DNA of 64,000 nucleotides from NCBI RefSeq assembly GCF_009914755.1, contig NC_060929.1; one strand, 5' to 3'. Under the pieces are notes generated by a model, which made no database searches, was not told where the DNA came from, and saw only the letters and a program-made list of their open reading frames with translations. The stretch is from the human T2T-CHM13v2.0 reference genome, Homo sapiens. Positions 39,969 to 53,760 of the stretch are shown here, in pieces. Both the position numbers and the translations under genes were made by a program. Every line of letters starts with the position of its first letter. The stretch's first letter is position 1.

Positions 39969-40834
39969 TGGCTCCTTTTTGTTTAACAGTCCTTACTTTG
40001 ATGGTCTCTCTTCTCACACATTTTACTATCAGCAACAAGAAAAAATACACATGAAATATTTAACACTTGGCCGGCAATCTCCTTTGCTAGATCAATGAGT
40101 TAATTAGGCATTTTTTCTACTTTGTACATATCTGTGGATAACAAATTTGCTAAACTTTCTGCCATTATGTAACAAGGATCTCCTTCCCTCTAGTTTCCAA
40201 GAAGAGTTTTCTAATCTGTTAAGATGTCACCTGCAGCCTCCTCAAAGGTTATCTATTATGCTTCTATAAAAAATTTCTTCAAAGCTCTTCAAACTTTCAT
40301 TAACACTCTCCTCCAAGTTCTACCTTCTGTTCACTGCCAGTTTTAAAACCACACTTACATTTTAGGTTTTTGCTAACACCCCACTTCTGAGTACCAAAAT
40401 GTATACTGATTTTCTATTGCTGCATAATAAACTGCCCCAAAATACAACATGCAAAGCAATAAATATTCATTATCTCATGTAGTGTCTGAAGGTCAAAAAT
40501 CCGGAAGCAGCATAGCTGAGTGGTTCTGATTCATTGTCTCTTGTGAAGTTATCAGTCAAACCATCAGCTGAGACTGTAATCATCTGATGTTTTAACTAGT
40601 ACCAGAGGATACACTTTCACATGCTATTGGCAGGACACTTTAGTTCTTCACTAGCTGTTTAGCAGAATACCGCACTTCCTCACCACATGTACCTCTTCAT
40701 AGAGCTTCCTGGCTTCCTCTAAAACAAGTAATCCAAGAGAGAAGCAGAAGCCACCATGGTTTTTTATGCCGTTGTTGACCTAGCCCCCAAAGTGACATAT
40801 TATTACACAGATATGTAGCCAACCTGTGGGTCAC

Positions 40835-41237
40835 TGATACGGTTTGGATGTGTGTCCCCTCCAAATCTCATGTTGAAATGTGATTCTCAGTGTTGGAAGT
40901 GGGGCTGGTGATAGGTGTTTGGTTCATGAGGGTAGATCCCTTATGAATGGCTTGGTGCTGTCTTTGTGGCAATAAGTGAGTTCTCACTATCTGAGTTCAC
41001 ACAAGAGCTGGTTGTTTAAAAGAGCCTGTCATCTCTTTTGCTCCCTTTCTCACCATGTGATATGCTGCTCCCCTTCTCTTCTGCCATGAAGAAAAGCTTC
41101 CTGAGGCCTTCACCAGAAGCAGATGCTGGTGCCGTGCTTCTACAGCCTGCAGAACTGTGAGCCAAATAAAGTTCTTTCCTTTATAAATTACCCAGCGTCA
41201 GGTATTGTTTTATAGCAATGCAGAACAGACTAACACA
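40835..41237 (+). mobile_element. MSTB-type MaLR solo LTR nested in the MLT1 LTR
   Basis: tgatacggtttggatgtgtgtcccctccaaatctcatg...gactaacaca; TSD gtcac/gacac. Confidence 0.88.
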
Positions 41238-41628
41238 GACACACACACCAACCAAGTACAGTATGAGAAGGGATTATTGGGTGCCATTTTGGAGGTTGTC
41301 TACCACAGGATTTTATCTGTATCATTATTCAAATTTCGTTTTTGAAAAATTTTGTAAGGGCACATTTATAGAAATATGAATGCTTAATATTTGATGATAT
41401 TAGGGAATTAAACCATTTTTGTGTGATAGTAATTTTTAAAGATTCCTTATCTTTTAGAAATACATATTGAAATATTTAGAGATGTAGTGATATAATGTCT
41501 GGGGTATGCTTCAAGATAAGAGTTGCAGAAAGTGGGTGGTAGTATAAATCAAGATTGGTTATGAGTTGAGAATTTTTGAGTAATAGGTATATGGGGACTA
41601 AGTATTCTATTCTTCATACTTTTACATG

Positions 41629-42136
41629 CCGTAAATCCCCACTTATCTGCAGGGAATGTGTTCCAAGACCCCCAGTGGATGCCTGAAACTGAGAATAGTA
41701 CTGGACCCTGTATATACTGTGTTTTTTCTTTCCTTATTGAGAACTTTTATGTTTTCACTTAAAGGAAGGACTTTACAGCTTCTCTTTCGCATATCCAAAT
41801 TGCCAGCATCACCGCTCTTGCACTCCAAGCCATTATTAAGTAAAGTAAAGAACACAAACACTGTGATACTGCTACACTTGATCTGATAACCAAGAAGTCT
41901 ACTAAGTGACTAACAGGTGGGTAGCATATACAGCATAGATACACTGGACAAAGGGAGGACTCACATCCTGGGCAAGATGGAGCAGAATGGCAGAGTTCAT
42001 CATGCTGCTCAAAATGATGTGCAATTTAAAACTAATGAATTATTTCTGGAATTTTTCAGTTAATATTTTTGGACATGAGGTGACTGCAGTTAACTAAAAC
42101 CATGGAAAGCAAACCCATAGATAAAGGGATACTATG
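41629..42136 (+). mobile_element. MER44/Tigger7-type DNA transposon
   Basis: ccccacttatctgcagggaatgtgttccaagacccccagtggatgcctgaaac...aaaccatggaaagcaaacccatagataaaggg. Confidence 0.8.
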
Positions 42137-42169
42137 GTATGTTTTCATTTTCTATAATAAAAAGTTAAA

Positions 42170-42940
42170 AAGGAAAAAGACACCATAGGAAAATAAAAGA
42201 CAAGTCACAAACTGGGAAAAGATCTTTGCAACACATGTGACTATCGAAAGGATTAGTATTCACACTGTGTAAAGAACCACTACAATTCAATGAAAATGAA
42301 GATAATGCTTTCCACCCCAAACAGGCAATTCATACAGGAGAAAACCTGAAAAGATACCCAACCACAAGGAAATACCATTTCACACCCACCAGATGAACAA
42401 AAATGTAAAAGTCTGGCAATATTACAATTCTTATACATTGCTGGTTGGAGTATGAATTGATATAATCAATTTGGGAAACAATATGGTATTATCTAGTAGC
42501 TGAAGATGCACATCTTCTGTGACCCAGGAAAAATGTATAGCAGGAGACATGAGCAAGAAAATTCATAATGGCATTTATAACAGTAAAACGTGGAAGAAAA
42601 TCCACTGTCCATCAACAGTAGAGTGATTAAATACATTGTATATGCTCATACAGCAGAATATAGTGGTGGAAAAAATAAATTACAAGTTCATGGACATAGA
42701 TAAATCTCTAACAAAATGTTGAGCAAATAAAAATTCACAAAAGAATTTTACAGTAGGATTCCATTTATATAAAGAACCAATGAAAGTAAATAGCCTAAGG
42801 GTACAAACATAAGTAAATCTATAAATTAAAGCAAAAGAATGATAAGCACAAATTCAAGGCAGTGATTTCCTCTAGCTACAGAGGGAAGGGAATGAAGTAA
42901 GGAAAAGGTGAACAAGGAGCTTAAAAGTATGATAATTATA
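42170..42940 (+). mobile_element. L1ME-type 3' end
   Basis: aataccatttcacacccaccaga, cttatacattgctggttggagt, tgtccatcaacagtaga, gattccatttatataaag. Confidence 0.7.
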
Positions 42941-42947
42941 TGTGTTG

Positions 42948-43071
42948 GTTTGGCCAAACAGTCCTGGTTTACCTAGCACAGTTCTGGTTTGCTGATTGCC
43001 TGGTGTAATGATTAATAGCACTGTCACTCCCCAAATTGTCATTGTTTGGATAATGAATTATATGCATCCTT
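42948..43071 (-). mobile_element. MER94 (hAT-Blackjack MITE)
   Basis: gtcctggtttacc...gtaatgattaatagc...gtttggataatgaattatatg matches reverse of recalled MER94. Confidence 0.6.
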
Positions 43072-43319
43072 TTTAGAGTAAAAGTAACTTTTTTCTCCTT
43101 AAACTGGATGGAGGGCATGTGGGTCTTTATCATTCTTCCTTATACATGTATTTTTAAAATATAATTTAAAACTAGTCAGTATTTTAAAATATAATTTAAA
43201 ACTTTAGTCAGTGTTAGTCACTGTGTTAGTGACAACACAGTAAAAAAAAAAAATTTGTAAGATAAATAAATATAAATAGGATCCAAATGAAACTCTTTTC
43301 ATCTGGGTGGATACAGGGA

Positions 43320-43545
43320 TAAATAACATACTATATGCCTGGCATTGTATTAAGCTTGTTACTGATATTACTTCATATTCATAGCAAGACATTTAGGTAG
43401 GCATTATTATCTCCATTTTACACATGAAGAATCTAAGACACAAAGACTATACATAATTTAACCAAAGTCATATTATATGTGACAGCGCAGAATTTGAACC
43501 CAAGCAGTGTGACATCAGACTACATGCTCTTAACTACCATGCCAG
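43320..43545 (-). mobile_element. MIR SINE
   Basis: ggtaggcattattatctccattttacacatgaaga...accaaagtca...gaatttgaacccaagcagtgtgac. Confidence 0.8.
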
Positions 43546-43554
43546 AGCCCATAA

Positions 43555-44000
43555 CAGATTTTCTTAACCTTTTTTATGCCACAGATCCCTTTGACAGTCT
43601 GGTGAAGCCTATAGAGTCCTTTTTAGAGTAATGTCTTTTGTACATCAAATATAATGCACAGGATTATAAATAAAATCAATTATACTAAAATATGGTAATC
43701 AAAATATTTAACAAATGTATACTATACCTGTACTTTTTATTAATGCATTAAATAAATAATAAAATCTAGCAGGTCTAATGAATAATTTTGAAATAATAAT
43801 AATAATTGTATCTTGAGATATCTACAAATATAGTAATGTGATAGGAAAATGTTTGTGATTTTGATAAGTGAAAAAGTCACCAAAATACTTGTAATAACAC
43901 TGTGGTTTTTTGCATATGTTCACAATGGAAAGAAATCCTAAATCTTACTTCGAAGTTAGCAAGAATTACAATATTTTTCCCACCCCAATTCATGGCCCTC
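43555..44000. mobile_element. hAT-Charlie element (Charlie4/MER113-type)
   Basis: ttcttaaccttttttatgccacagatccctttgacagtctggtgaagcctat terminus. Confidence 0.6.
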
Positions 44001-44272
44001 TACTTTATGGTCTTATTTCATAGGCTTTCTGACATGTTTTGCTTCAAAGAGGTCCTATTCCCCATCCCATTTCCTATCTTCTGGTTTGGGATTACACTCA
44101 AGATGTGATATACAGATAGATTAGTTTATTAGAAAGAAAATATTTTTCCACATGGCGAACTTTAGTGGAGGCTAACAAATCAGAATGTGCTAAAATAGCC
44201 ATGTGTACATATAGACAATGGGAAGCTTGGAACTGCTTTAGCATTTTATACAAAAGACTTAAAAGTAATTTC

Positions 44273-44582
<310 letters not shown>

Positions 44583-44779
44583 TCAAATATATTGCTACAT
44601 TGGAATTCTCCATAAAGGAATTAATTGTTGATAACAATGCCCTCAGTATACTATTTGTCAATACCTATAACAATGCAACAAACAAAAAAGAAAATTTAAA
44701 TAGCTGGACCACATTAAAAGTTTTATTGGGCTAAAATCAAAAACATCTGACAAGTTTTTGACTTGTCTTTCTCATGATT

Positions 44780-45125
44780 TAATGTCCCAGCAGAGCAACT
44801 GGGAACCTAATTCTGACCAAAAAGGAGGAATTGTTTGGCTAATTGGAAGTGACAGAAACCTTGGGAGAAAGCAACCGCATACCAAGGATAATTATAAGAA
44901 GGTAACATGGGCCCTAAAGGATAGTGTCAAGAAACCTGAAACCCCCAAATGAGGTGAGACTTGCAAAAAATGCTAAGGAAGGACAAAAAACAGGCCTTTT
45001 AAAATTCTGTTCAGAACCAGAAGATGATCAAGAAAGGGAAATGCCCACTAGCAGCTTCTACTGTAAGGTTAGAGCTGACAGAGAAAGAACTCCTTAACTA
45101 CTATTTGCTTCATTCTCTACAAAGG
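44780..45125 (+). mobile_element. L3/CR1 ORF2 fragment
   Basis: aatgaggtgagacttgcaaaaaatgctaagga...aaaaaacaggccttttaaaattctgttcagaac...gacagagaaagaactccttaactactatttgcttc resembles recalled L3 consensus. Confidence 0.7.
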
Positions 45126-45208
45126 AAACTAGAGAAGTGGGTTGACGTAATAGAAAGAACATGTGTTTGTGGGGCCAGGCAAACCTGGGTTTAATTCTGT
45201 TTCAACAC

Positions 45209-45642
45209 TGCTTAACAAAATTTATGGGAGGCTATTGTTTTGGATTGGGCTCCTGCACCAGGCCCCTCCGGACCAAACCAAAATGGAGTCACTCATACTA
45301 AAACTCCAGGTCACTGAACCAAAACTAAGTTGTTTATCTGACCTTCCAAGAAATCAGGAGGGAGAAAACAACCAAATCTCCAAACAGGCCAGTTTTAATC
45401 AGCGTGATAAGGAAGTCCTCTCTTTTTTAACCCTATAAAGAAAGTAACTTTTTGAAATGATCAATACACTTTGTATTCCTTAGTTCTGCTTTCTTTAGCC
45501 CCTTTCTGCCTATAAAGCCCACTTCCTCTGCTCAACTTACTGAAGCAGTATTCCATTTTATAGAATGAGATGCTGCCCAATTCTGGAATCACTAATAAAA
45601 GCCAATTAGATCTTTACATTTGTTGAAATTTTGTCTTTGACA
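45209..45642 (+). mobile_element. ERV1 solo LTR (MER57F/MER93-like) inserted in a MIR
   Basis: TG...CA termini, TATAAA and AATAAA present, MIR halves on both sides. Confidence 0.75.
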
Positions 45643-46303
45643 ACATTACTAGTTATATTATTCTGGGTATCCTTTTCCCCATCTGTAAAATGGACATAGC
45701 GATATCCTTCCCATCAGATTTTTCTCATTAATAGAAGTAATACATTCAAAACACTGAGCCAGGCTCACACCAGTGAGCAACTTGTTAATATTACTCAGAA
45801 GCATATTATAGATATTGACAGAAAGCAATACTGTTCCTAATTAGGGGAAGAAATTCTAAGAGAGTACCTAAGAGTTTGAATTTAGATTATAACATTTGCT
45901 CTGAGTATTTTACATTACAGCCTTTGGGGGGAAAAGTACAAATGAGATCTGAGAACAGTGGTACTCATCTTTGAGGAATTATGGAAAACGTAATAGAACA
46001 CTAAACATGGGAAAACATCGGCCTTCAGGTTGAAAAGTGGAAATCTCAATCCCTGAATTTTTTTTTTTTTTTTACTAAGTAACTTTTTTGCCCATTGGTG
46101 TCATTTAACCAAAAGAAGAAGAAATTCCAAAAAAAAAAAAAATCAACTGAAACAAAAGAATAGACTGAATTTGCCAAAAGAGTGCTTAAATGGAGACCTA
46201 AGTCTTCAAAGCTAAGGTGATGAGAAAAGAACAGGTCTTAAATTTCTTCAGAGCTTCAAGAGGCAAAGCTTGAAAGAAGAAAAAATTTTATTCTTAGGTA
46301 AGA

Positions 46304-46749
46304 TGTAGGGGTAGAATGGTGGCCCCTGCAAAAGGTAAGCCTTCCTCCTAATCCTAGAATCGTGGATGGTACCTTATTTGGATAAAAAGGTCTTTGCAGA
46401 TGTAATTAAGAACCTTGAGATGAGGAGATCATCCTGGATTATCTGGTGGACTGTAAAGTCAATGACATGTATTCATATATGACAGAAGAGAAGACATGGA
46501 GAAGAGGAGGGAGTAGTTGTGACCGTGGAGGCAGAGAATGGAGTAATGTGATCATAAATCAAGGAATGCTGACAGCCACTAAAGCTGGAGAAGGCCAAGG
46601 ACAGATATTCAATCCTCCCGTAGAAGTACAGCCCTGCTAATGCATTGATTTTGGACTTCTGGCCTCAGAACTGTAAGAGAATAAATTTCTATTGTTTTAA
46701 GCCTTCAGTTTGTGGTAGTTTGTTACAGAAACCCTGTAAAGTTAATACA
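46304..46749 (+). mobile_element. MLT1C-type MaLR solo LTR
   Basis: ggtctttgcagatgtaattaag...gatcatcctggattatc...ggacttctggcctcagaactgtaagagaataaatttc. Confidence 0.88.
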
Positions 46750-46841
46750 CAGAGTTCAAAGAGAATCCGGTAATATCTCTAAAAGACTCGTGTATTAGTC
46801 AGGATTCTCCAGAGAAGCAAAGCCAATAGAATGATACATGT

Positions 46842-47250
46842 TGTTAAAGCAAATTAAAATGGAGACCATGCCTGAAGAATCTCTGTGCAGAGAAACCCAG
46901 TTAGGCCTCATAAGTTAACCTTACTTGATTTGCAAACATAATCTAAAAGTTAACTGGAGCTATTTCCGGTAAATGAATATAACACAACTTAAGCTCAATC
47001 AGTCAGAAGCAGCTTTATAATTATGTAGCTAGGGACTTTCCAAGAGGATGACCAAAGAAGGAAATGATATAACTATAACCAAATAAATATTTTCTTTGCT
47101 TTCCTGTTCCTCCTATAAAAGCCTCCCCACTGCTGAGCTGTGCTCAGCAGAGCTCCGAAACAACTTCTGGTTTAGAGTTGCCCGATTTGTGAATCACTGT
47201 TTGCTCAAATAAACTCTTTAAAATTTTATTGTATCTCAGGTTATCTTTTT
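46842..47250 (+). mobile_element. MER57E-like ERV1 solo LTR
   Basis: tgttaaagcaaattaaaatggagacc...ctataaaagcctcc...gctcaaataaactct. Confidence 0.7.
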
Positions 47251-47270
47251 TAGATAGATAGATGATATAT

Positions 47271-47324
<54 letters not shown>

Positions 47325-47328
47325 AGAT
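47251..47328. repeat. (GATA)n tetranucleotide STR
   Basis: Direct reading; interrupted TAGA array. Confidence 0.95.
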
Positions 47329-48359
47329 TATTTATTATGGGAATTGGCTCAATCACAGAGACCCAAGATCTGCCGTCTGCAAACTGGAGAACCAGGAAAG
47401 CCAGTGGTGTAATCAAGTTCAAAGGGCTGAGAACCAGGAGAATCAATAACTTAATACCCAATGTAATAAGGCCTGAGAATGTGGGGTAGGGATGCTAGTA
47501 TAAGTCCTAGAGTCTGACTACTGCAGAACCAGGAGTTCTGATGTCCAAGGGTAGGAGAAGATGGAGGTCCTAAATCAAGAATAAAGCAAATTCACCTTTT
47601 CTTTGCCCTTTTTGTTCTATTTGGGCAGGCCTCCAGTGAATTGGATGATGCCCACCCACACTGGTAGAGCAGATCTTTAGTCAGTCTTGATTCAAATGCT
47701 AATTTCTTCACAGAGGCACACAGAAATACTGTTTTATCATCTATCTGGATAGCCCTTAACACAGCCAAGTTGACACATAAAATTAACCATCACAATTAGG
47801 TTTTCCTGGGTTGGAAGGAATGGGAGATAATGAAACGGGTGCTGGAGGGTAGAGGAGGTCTGAGGGACTTCTTGGCGGGACTATGTGAACCAGAATGGAA
47901 TGAGCAAATTACAGACCCCACAGTCTCTGCTCTGACAGAGATTGCCAGAGTTTGAAATAGACCTGATAGGGTTACTACAGGTTACCAGAACCGGGAAGTC
48001 ATGTGGCAGCCAAGCTAATATCCAAAGATCACCCAAAGAGTATTTCATGTGATCAGGAAGAGTCTCTGTTTAATTGACAACTGCTTCCCACTTCCCATCC
48101 CCTTCACGTGTAGCAGGAGTCACAGCTGTCTGTATGCAGGTACTTTACTCGACCCTATCCAAACTATTAATAGGAAAAAGTACTTTCTCAGTAGTCTAAG
48201 TAGTCACAAACCCTAAGAAATACAGAAAAGATTATGGACATCTACGGGAGTGCCAGTGATATAAAATGATAATCCATATCACATGGAAACCCTCCCACAT
48301 AAATAATCTTTATTTGACTAGGACTTTATTCATTCAACTGAGATTCTCCAACACCCCTG

Positions 48360-48870
48360 ATAACCAGCCAGGACCGTGCTGATCCTAGGCAACAATCTAA
48401 AAGGAATAATTAAAGGATGCTCTGGGAGCATCTATAAGAGAAAGCAGTAATCAATCGAATACAGCACGGGTTTATCTATAATAATTTCAGTCTAATTTAA
48501 TTTTCTTTCTGATAGTGTTACTAGGCTAGTCAACCAATAAAATGCAGTAGGTAATATTTTTCTGGGCCCATGAGGTATTACTGACTTTTTTTTTTTTATC
48601 ATATCCTTGTGAGTAAGTTGGAGGGGTTGGGGAGGCTAGATGGTAGTACTGTCAGGGAAGGACTTAGCATCCAAAGGGTACTGACTCCTAGATGGCAGTC
48701 AGCCTCTCCAGAGGTTTTTAGTATAGAATTACAGTCCTCGGTCTTCTGTGTTTCATTGACTTAAAAGAAAACATAGAATCCATATTTATCAAATTTTTAC
48801 CTGATTCAAAATCAGGAAGGATAGTATTTTTTCCAAACTTTGGAACAGCTTGATGTTGACTCTGGGCTAA
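48360..48870 (+). mobile_element. L3/CR1 RT-region fragment
   Basis: cagcacgggttt...tttctttctgatagtgttactaggctagtc...atatccttgtgagtaag...tatttatcaaattt. Confidence 0.65.
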
Positions 48871-49859
48871 ATTCTGTATGGGCATAATTAGAATCAATAA
48901 AATTTTGAGAGTCTATAACAATATAGGCAGAGTCCAACAAACTAGTAGGATTTTTAAGTTTATTCACTCATTTAGATGTCACAAATTTCTGGAATATCAA
49001 CTCTGTGTAAATGTCTATGTTAGGCTTTAGAATATGAATAAGGTATGTTAGACTGCAGGAGTTTAAAATCTGGTGAATAAAACAAACTTGTAAACACAAA
49101 ATACAACAAATATTAATTGTAAGGCATTATTTAGCATTATATTTAGTAAAAAAAACTACAGTTAATTGTATGATATGCACAGGGACTGGCATGTGTGAAA
49201 CACCTTTAGACATTTAATAAGCTGGAAAAAATAATATTTACCATAAACATATACTACTGGTGCAAACATAAAATAGTAATTTTGTGGAAAGTAATTATGT
49301 ACAAGCCATACTATTTAATGCAGCAATTTCCTTCTAAGAATCTACTTTAAAAATAATCTAAAATATATTCATGTTATATATATATAAGGAAGTTCATAAT
49401 CAAATTATTTATAATGGCAAAAAAGTTTAACATGAATGATTAAAAAGATAGTATAGCCATATGATAGTGTCATAATCATAAACAGTTATGTCTCTAAAAA
49501 ACAGGTGTCTGAAATATTATGTCACATTCTAGAATAGCATGTTATAGTCAACTAGAAGTCTGGGAAAAAATGATTTTTTTACTGTAAAACCTCTTGAAAG
49601 TTTTGAATTTTGTGCCATGTTGCGTGTAACACATTCAAAAAATAAACACAATTTTAAAATAAAGGATTCAACTTAAAATTTTAAAAATACACTTACAGAT
49701 AGTTTTTAATGATATAAAGAAATACTCATGATATACTAAGTGAAAGGCAAGGACATTACATTATTTCTTGCAGCAGTTATGAATAATTGGAAAATGTATT
49801 ACCTGGCTGTATTACTAGGAATATTTTCTTCAGTATTTTGCACCCTAAGAAATCTAGGA

Positions 49860-50245
49860 CTGGTTTACATAAAAGCAAGCAGAATGATGAAGAAACTCAC
49901 CTTAAGAACGGTTGAATGAAAATGTAAATGTTTAGCCTGGAATATATATATATATATGAGATCATGATGACTGTCTTCAAGCATCTGACATCCTGCCATG
50001 TGAAAAAGTGATCACGCTTCCACTGGAAGGTCTCAGAGGATGGAACTAGACCCATTGGCAGGAGCTATAGCAAGCCATTTCAACTCGATGTCAAAATACT
50101 TGCAGACTTAGTCACTTGCTTATATGTCATTTCAGTTCAATGTCAGGAAACACATCCAAAAAGAACAGGGCAAAAAATGAGTGGTTTCCCAGTCACTTGA
50201 AAGATTCAAGCATAAATTATCACTTCCTTGATAGGACATTATGGA
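49860..50245 (+). mobile_element. L3/CR1 3' fragment
   Basis: atgtttagcctgga...atgatgactgtcttcaagcatctga...gccatgtgaaa...ccagtcacttgaaagattcaagca. Confidence 0.65.
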
Positions 50246-50452
50246 AGAGATTCAAGCATCAGAAGTGTGGTTTTTGGGTGTGATTCCAGCTGTACGAGAA
50301 GCCATTTAATCCCCCTGGAACTTAGTTCTCCATAAAATGGGGACGTTTGACTAAAGTACCTCTATCTCTTTTTGAGTTTGAAACTCTTTTGATTCTGCTT
50401 TGGAGTAACAACATTTTTCTCTCTTCCAGATTTATATATCAGCTTTTTATCA

Positions 50453-50781
<329 letters not shown>

Positions 50782-50874
50782 AGCCACACTGTACTTGTGA
50801 AGATTAACTGAGATGTTTAAAACATTATTTGCAAAAATGCAAGACATGATGTAAGTGTAAAGCATTATTATATA

Positions 50875-51600
50875 TCAACATAATTGACCATTAGAAAAAT
50901 GCAAATTAACACCTCAATGAGATATATCACCAGACACCTGTTAGAATGGTTAAAATAAAAAGTACTGATGATATTAAGTGCTGATAAAATGCAGAGTAAC
51001 TCGATCTCTCATACATTGCTGATGCTAATGTAAAATGATATCACCACTCTAGAAAACAGTTTGGCAGTTTCTTATAAAGTTAAACATGCACTTACTATAC
51101 AACCCAGTAATACACCTACTGGATATTCATTCTAGGGAGATCAAAATTTACACCCAAAAACATGTACATAAATGTTCATATCAGCTTTATTTACAATAGC
51201 CCAAAAGGAAACAATCAGATGTCCTCCAATTGATAACTGGTATAACCCTATCACAGAATCCTACTGAGCAATAAAAAGGAAAGCACTGTTGATACATACA
51301 ACAACTTGAGTGCATTTCAAGGCTGTTATGCTGACTGAAATAAAAGCTAATCTCAAAAGGTTATGTATTATGTGATTCTGTTTATATAACATTCTCAAAT
51401 TGCAAAATCACAGCAATGAAGAACTGATCAGTAGTGCCAGGGGTTAGGGTTGTGGGGAGGGTGTGATGATGAATGGGCAGCGTAAGAGAATTTCTTTGGA
51501 GTGATGGAATAGTTTTATATCTTGATTATAGTGATCATTATATTAAACAATTGCATGTGATAAAATTCTATAGGACTGTATGCCAAAAATAACTTAATAT
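50875..51600 (+). mobile_element. Old L1M 3' end
   Basis: ccattagaaaaatgcaaattaa...gaaaacagtttggcagtttcttataaagttaaac...gtgatggaatagttttatatcttgatt. Confidence 0.8.
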
Positions 51601-51809
51601 GTTTATTTTTAAGGTCTGGAAAGCATGGAAATTTGTATCTTCATTCACTTTTGTTTTCATGGACTCTTTTCATGTTTGAACTTTTCATGGTATGAGCTGT
51701 TTTATAATCTATAATATGGAATGTTTCTCATACGAATGTTTTTCTTATTGAAGAATGCCATAGAAATAAGGGTGTGAGGTATACTTACTTGACAGGAGAA
51801 TTTTACTCC

Positions 51810-51950
51810 TTTTATTTTATTTACTTATTTATTTTTAAGACGGAGTCCTGCTGTGTTGTCCAGGCTGGTCTTGAACCCCTGGACTCAAACGATCTTTCTC
51901 CTTGGCCTCCCAAAGTTCTGGGATTACAGGTATGAGCTACAGTGCCCTGA
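51810..51950 (-). mobile_element. FLAM/Alu monomer
   Basis: Antisense single Alu arm with T-rich tail. Confidence 0.82.
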
Positions 51951-52479
51951 GAGTCCTTTTTAAAGTAGTGAATGCTCAAACATGGAATTAAATTTAGGCA
52001 AAGCTCACTTTTATTTATACATAAAACAACTTCAGCCATGTACCTCATAACGATATTTTGGCCAATGTCTGACCTTATATACAATGGTTGTCCTGTACGA
52101 TTATAATGAAGCTGAAAATTTTCTATTGCCTAGTAACATTGTAGTAATTGTAATGTAGCACAACCTATCACACGTGTTTGTAGTGATGCTGGTGTAAACA
52201 AACCGACTGCATTGCCAGTCTAGTATAAAAGTCTAGCACACACAATTATCCACAGTATATAATAGTTGATAATGATAATAAACAACTGTCACTGGCTTAT
52301 ATATTTGCTATACTATACTTTTTATCATTATTTTAGAGTATATTTAGAGTATATTAAGCAGCCTTAGGCAGGTCTTTCAGGAGGCATTCCAGAAGAAGGC
52401 ATTGTTATCATAGGAGGTGACAGCTCCCTGTGTGTTGTTGCCCCTGAAGAACTTCCAGTGGGACAAGATATGGTGGTGA

Positions 52480-52816
<337 letters not shown>

Positions 52817-53348
52817 TATTTAAGACATTTTTATAAATTAAAAATTTTTTAAATAGAAAAAAGCCTATAGCATAAGGATATAAAGAAAAAGTATTTTTAT
52901 GCAGCTGCACAATGTATTTGTGTTTTAAACTGTGTTATTATGCAAGAGTTACAGAGTTTTTAAAAATAAAAAGTTTATAAAGTAAAAAACTTACAACACA
53001 TCAAAAGATAATACACCATGATCAAGTGGGCTTTATCCCAGGGATGCAAGCATAGTTCAACATATGCAAATTAATAAGTGATATCAACAGAATGAAGGAC
53101 AAAAGCTTTATGATCATCTTAACAGATACAGAAAAGCATTTGATAAAATTTAACTTCCTTCATGATAAAAACTCTCGAAGGAACATACCTCAGCATATTA
53201 AGGGCCATATATGGTTAACCCAGAGCTAAAATCATACTGAACAGGGAAAAGCTGAAAGCCTTCCTGCAAAGAACTGGAACAAGACAAGGATGACCACTTG
53301 CACCACTCTTATTCAACATGGTACTGGAAGTCCTAGCCAGAGCAATCA

Positions 53349-53760
<412 letters not shown>

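Larger units (their letters stand above)
38519..41307 (-). mobile_element. Two-LTR MLT1 (F/G/H-type) MaLR element: LTR 38519-38914, internal ~38915-40400, LTR ~40401-41307
   Basis: Two same-orientation MLT1 LTRs; MaLR internal start ATTTTGGTACTCAGAAGTGG on the minus strand at ~40400. Confidence 0.7.
46791..47793 (-). mobile_element. MLT2-type ERVL LTR, interrupted by a MER57E-like LTR and containing a GATA STR
   Basis: Ends tgtattagtcaggattctccagagaa... and ...aagttgacacataaaattaaccatcaca. Confidence 0.85.
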
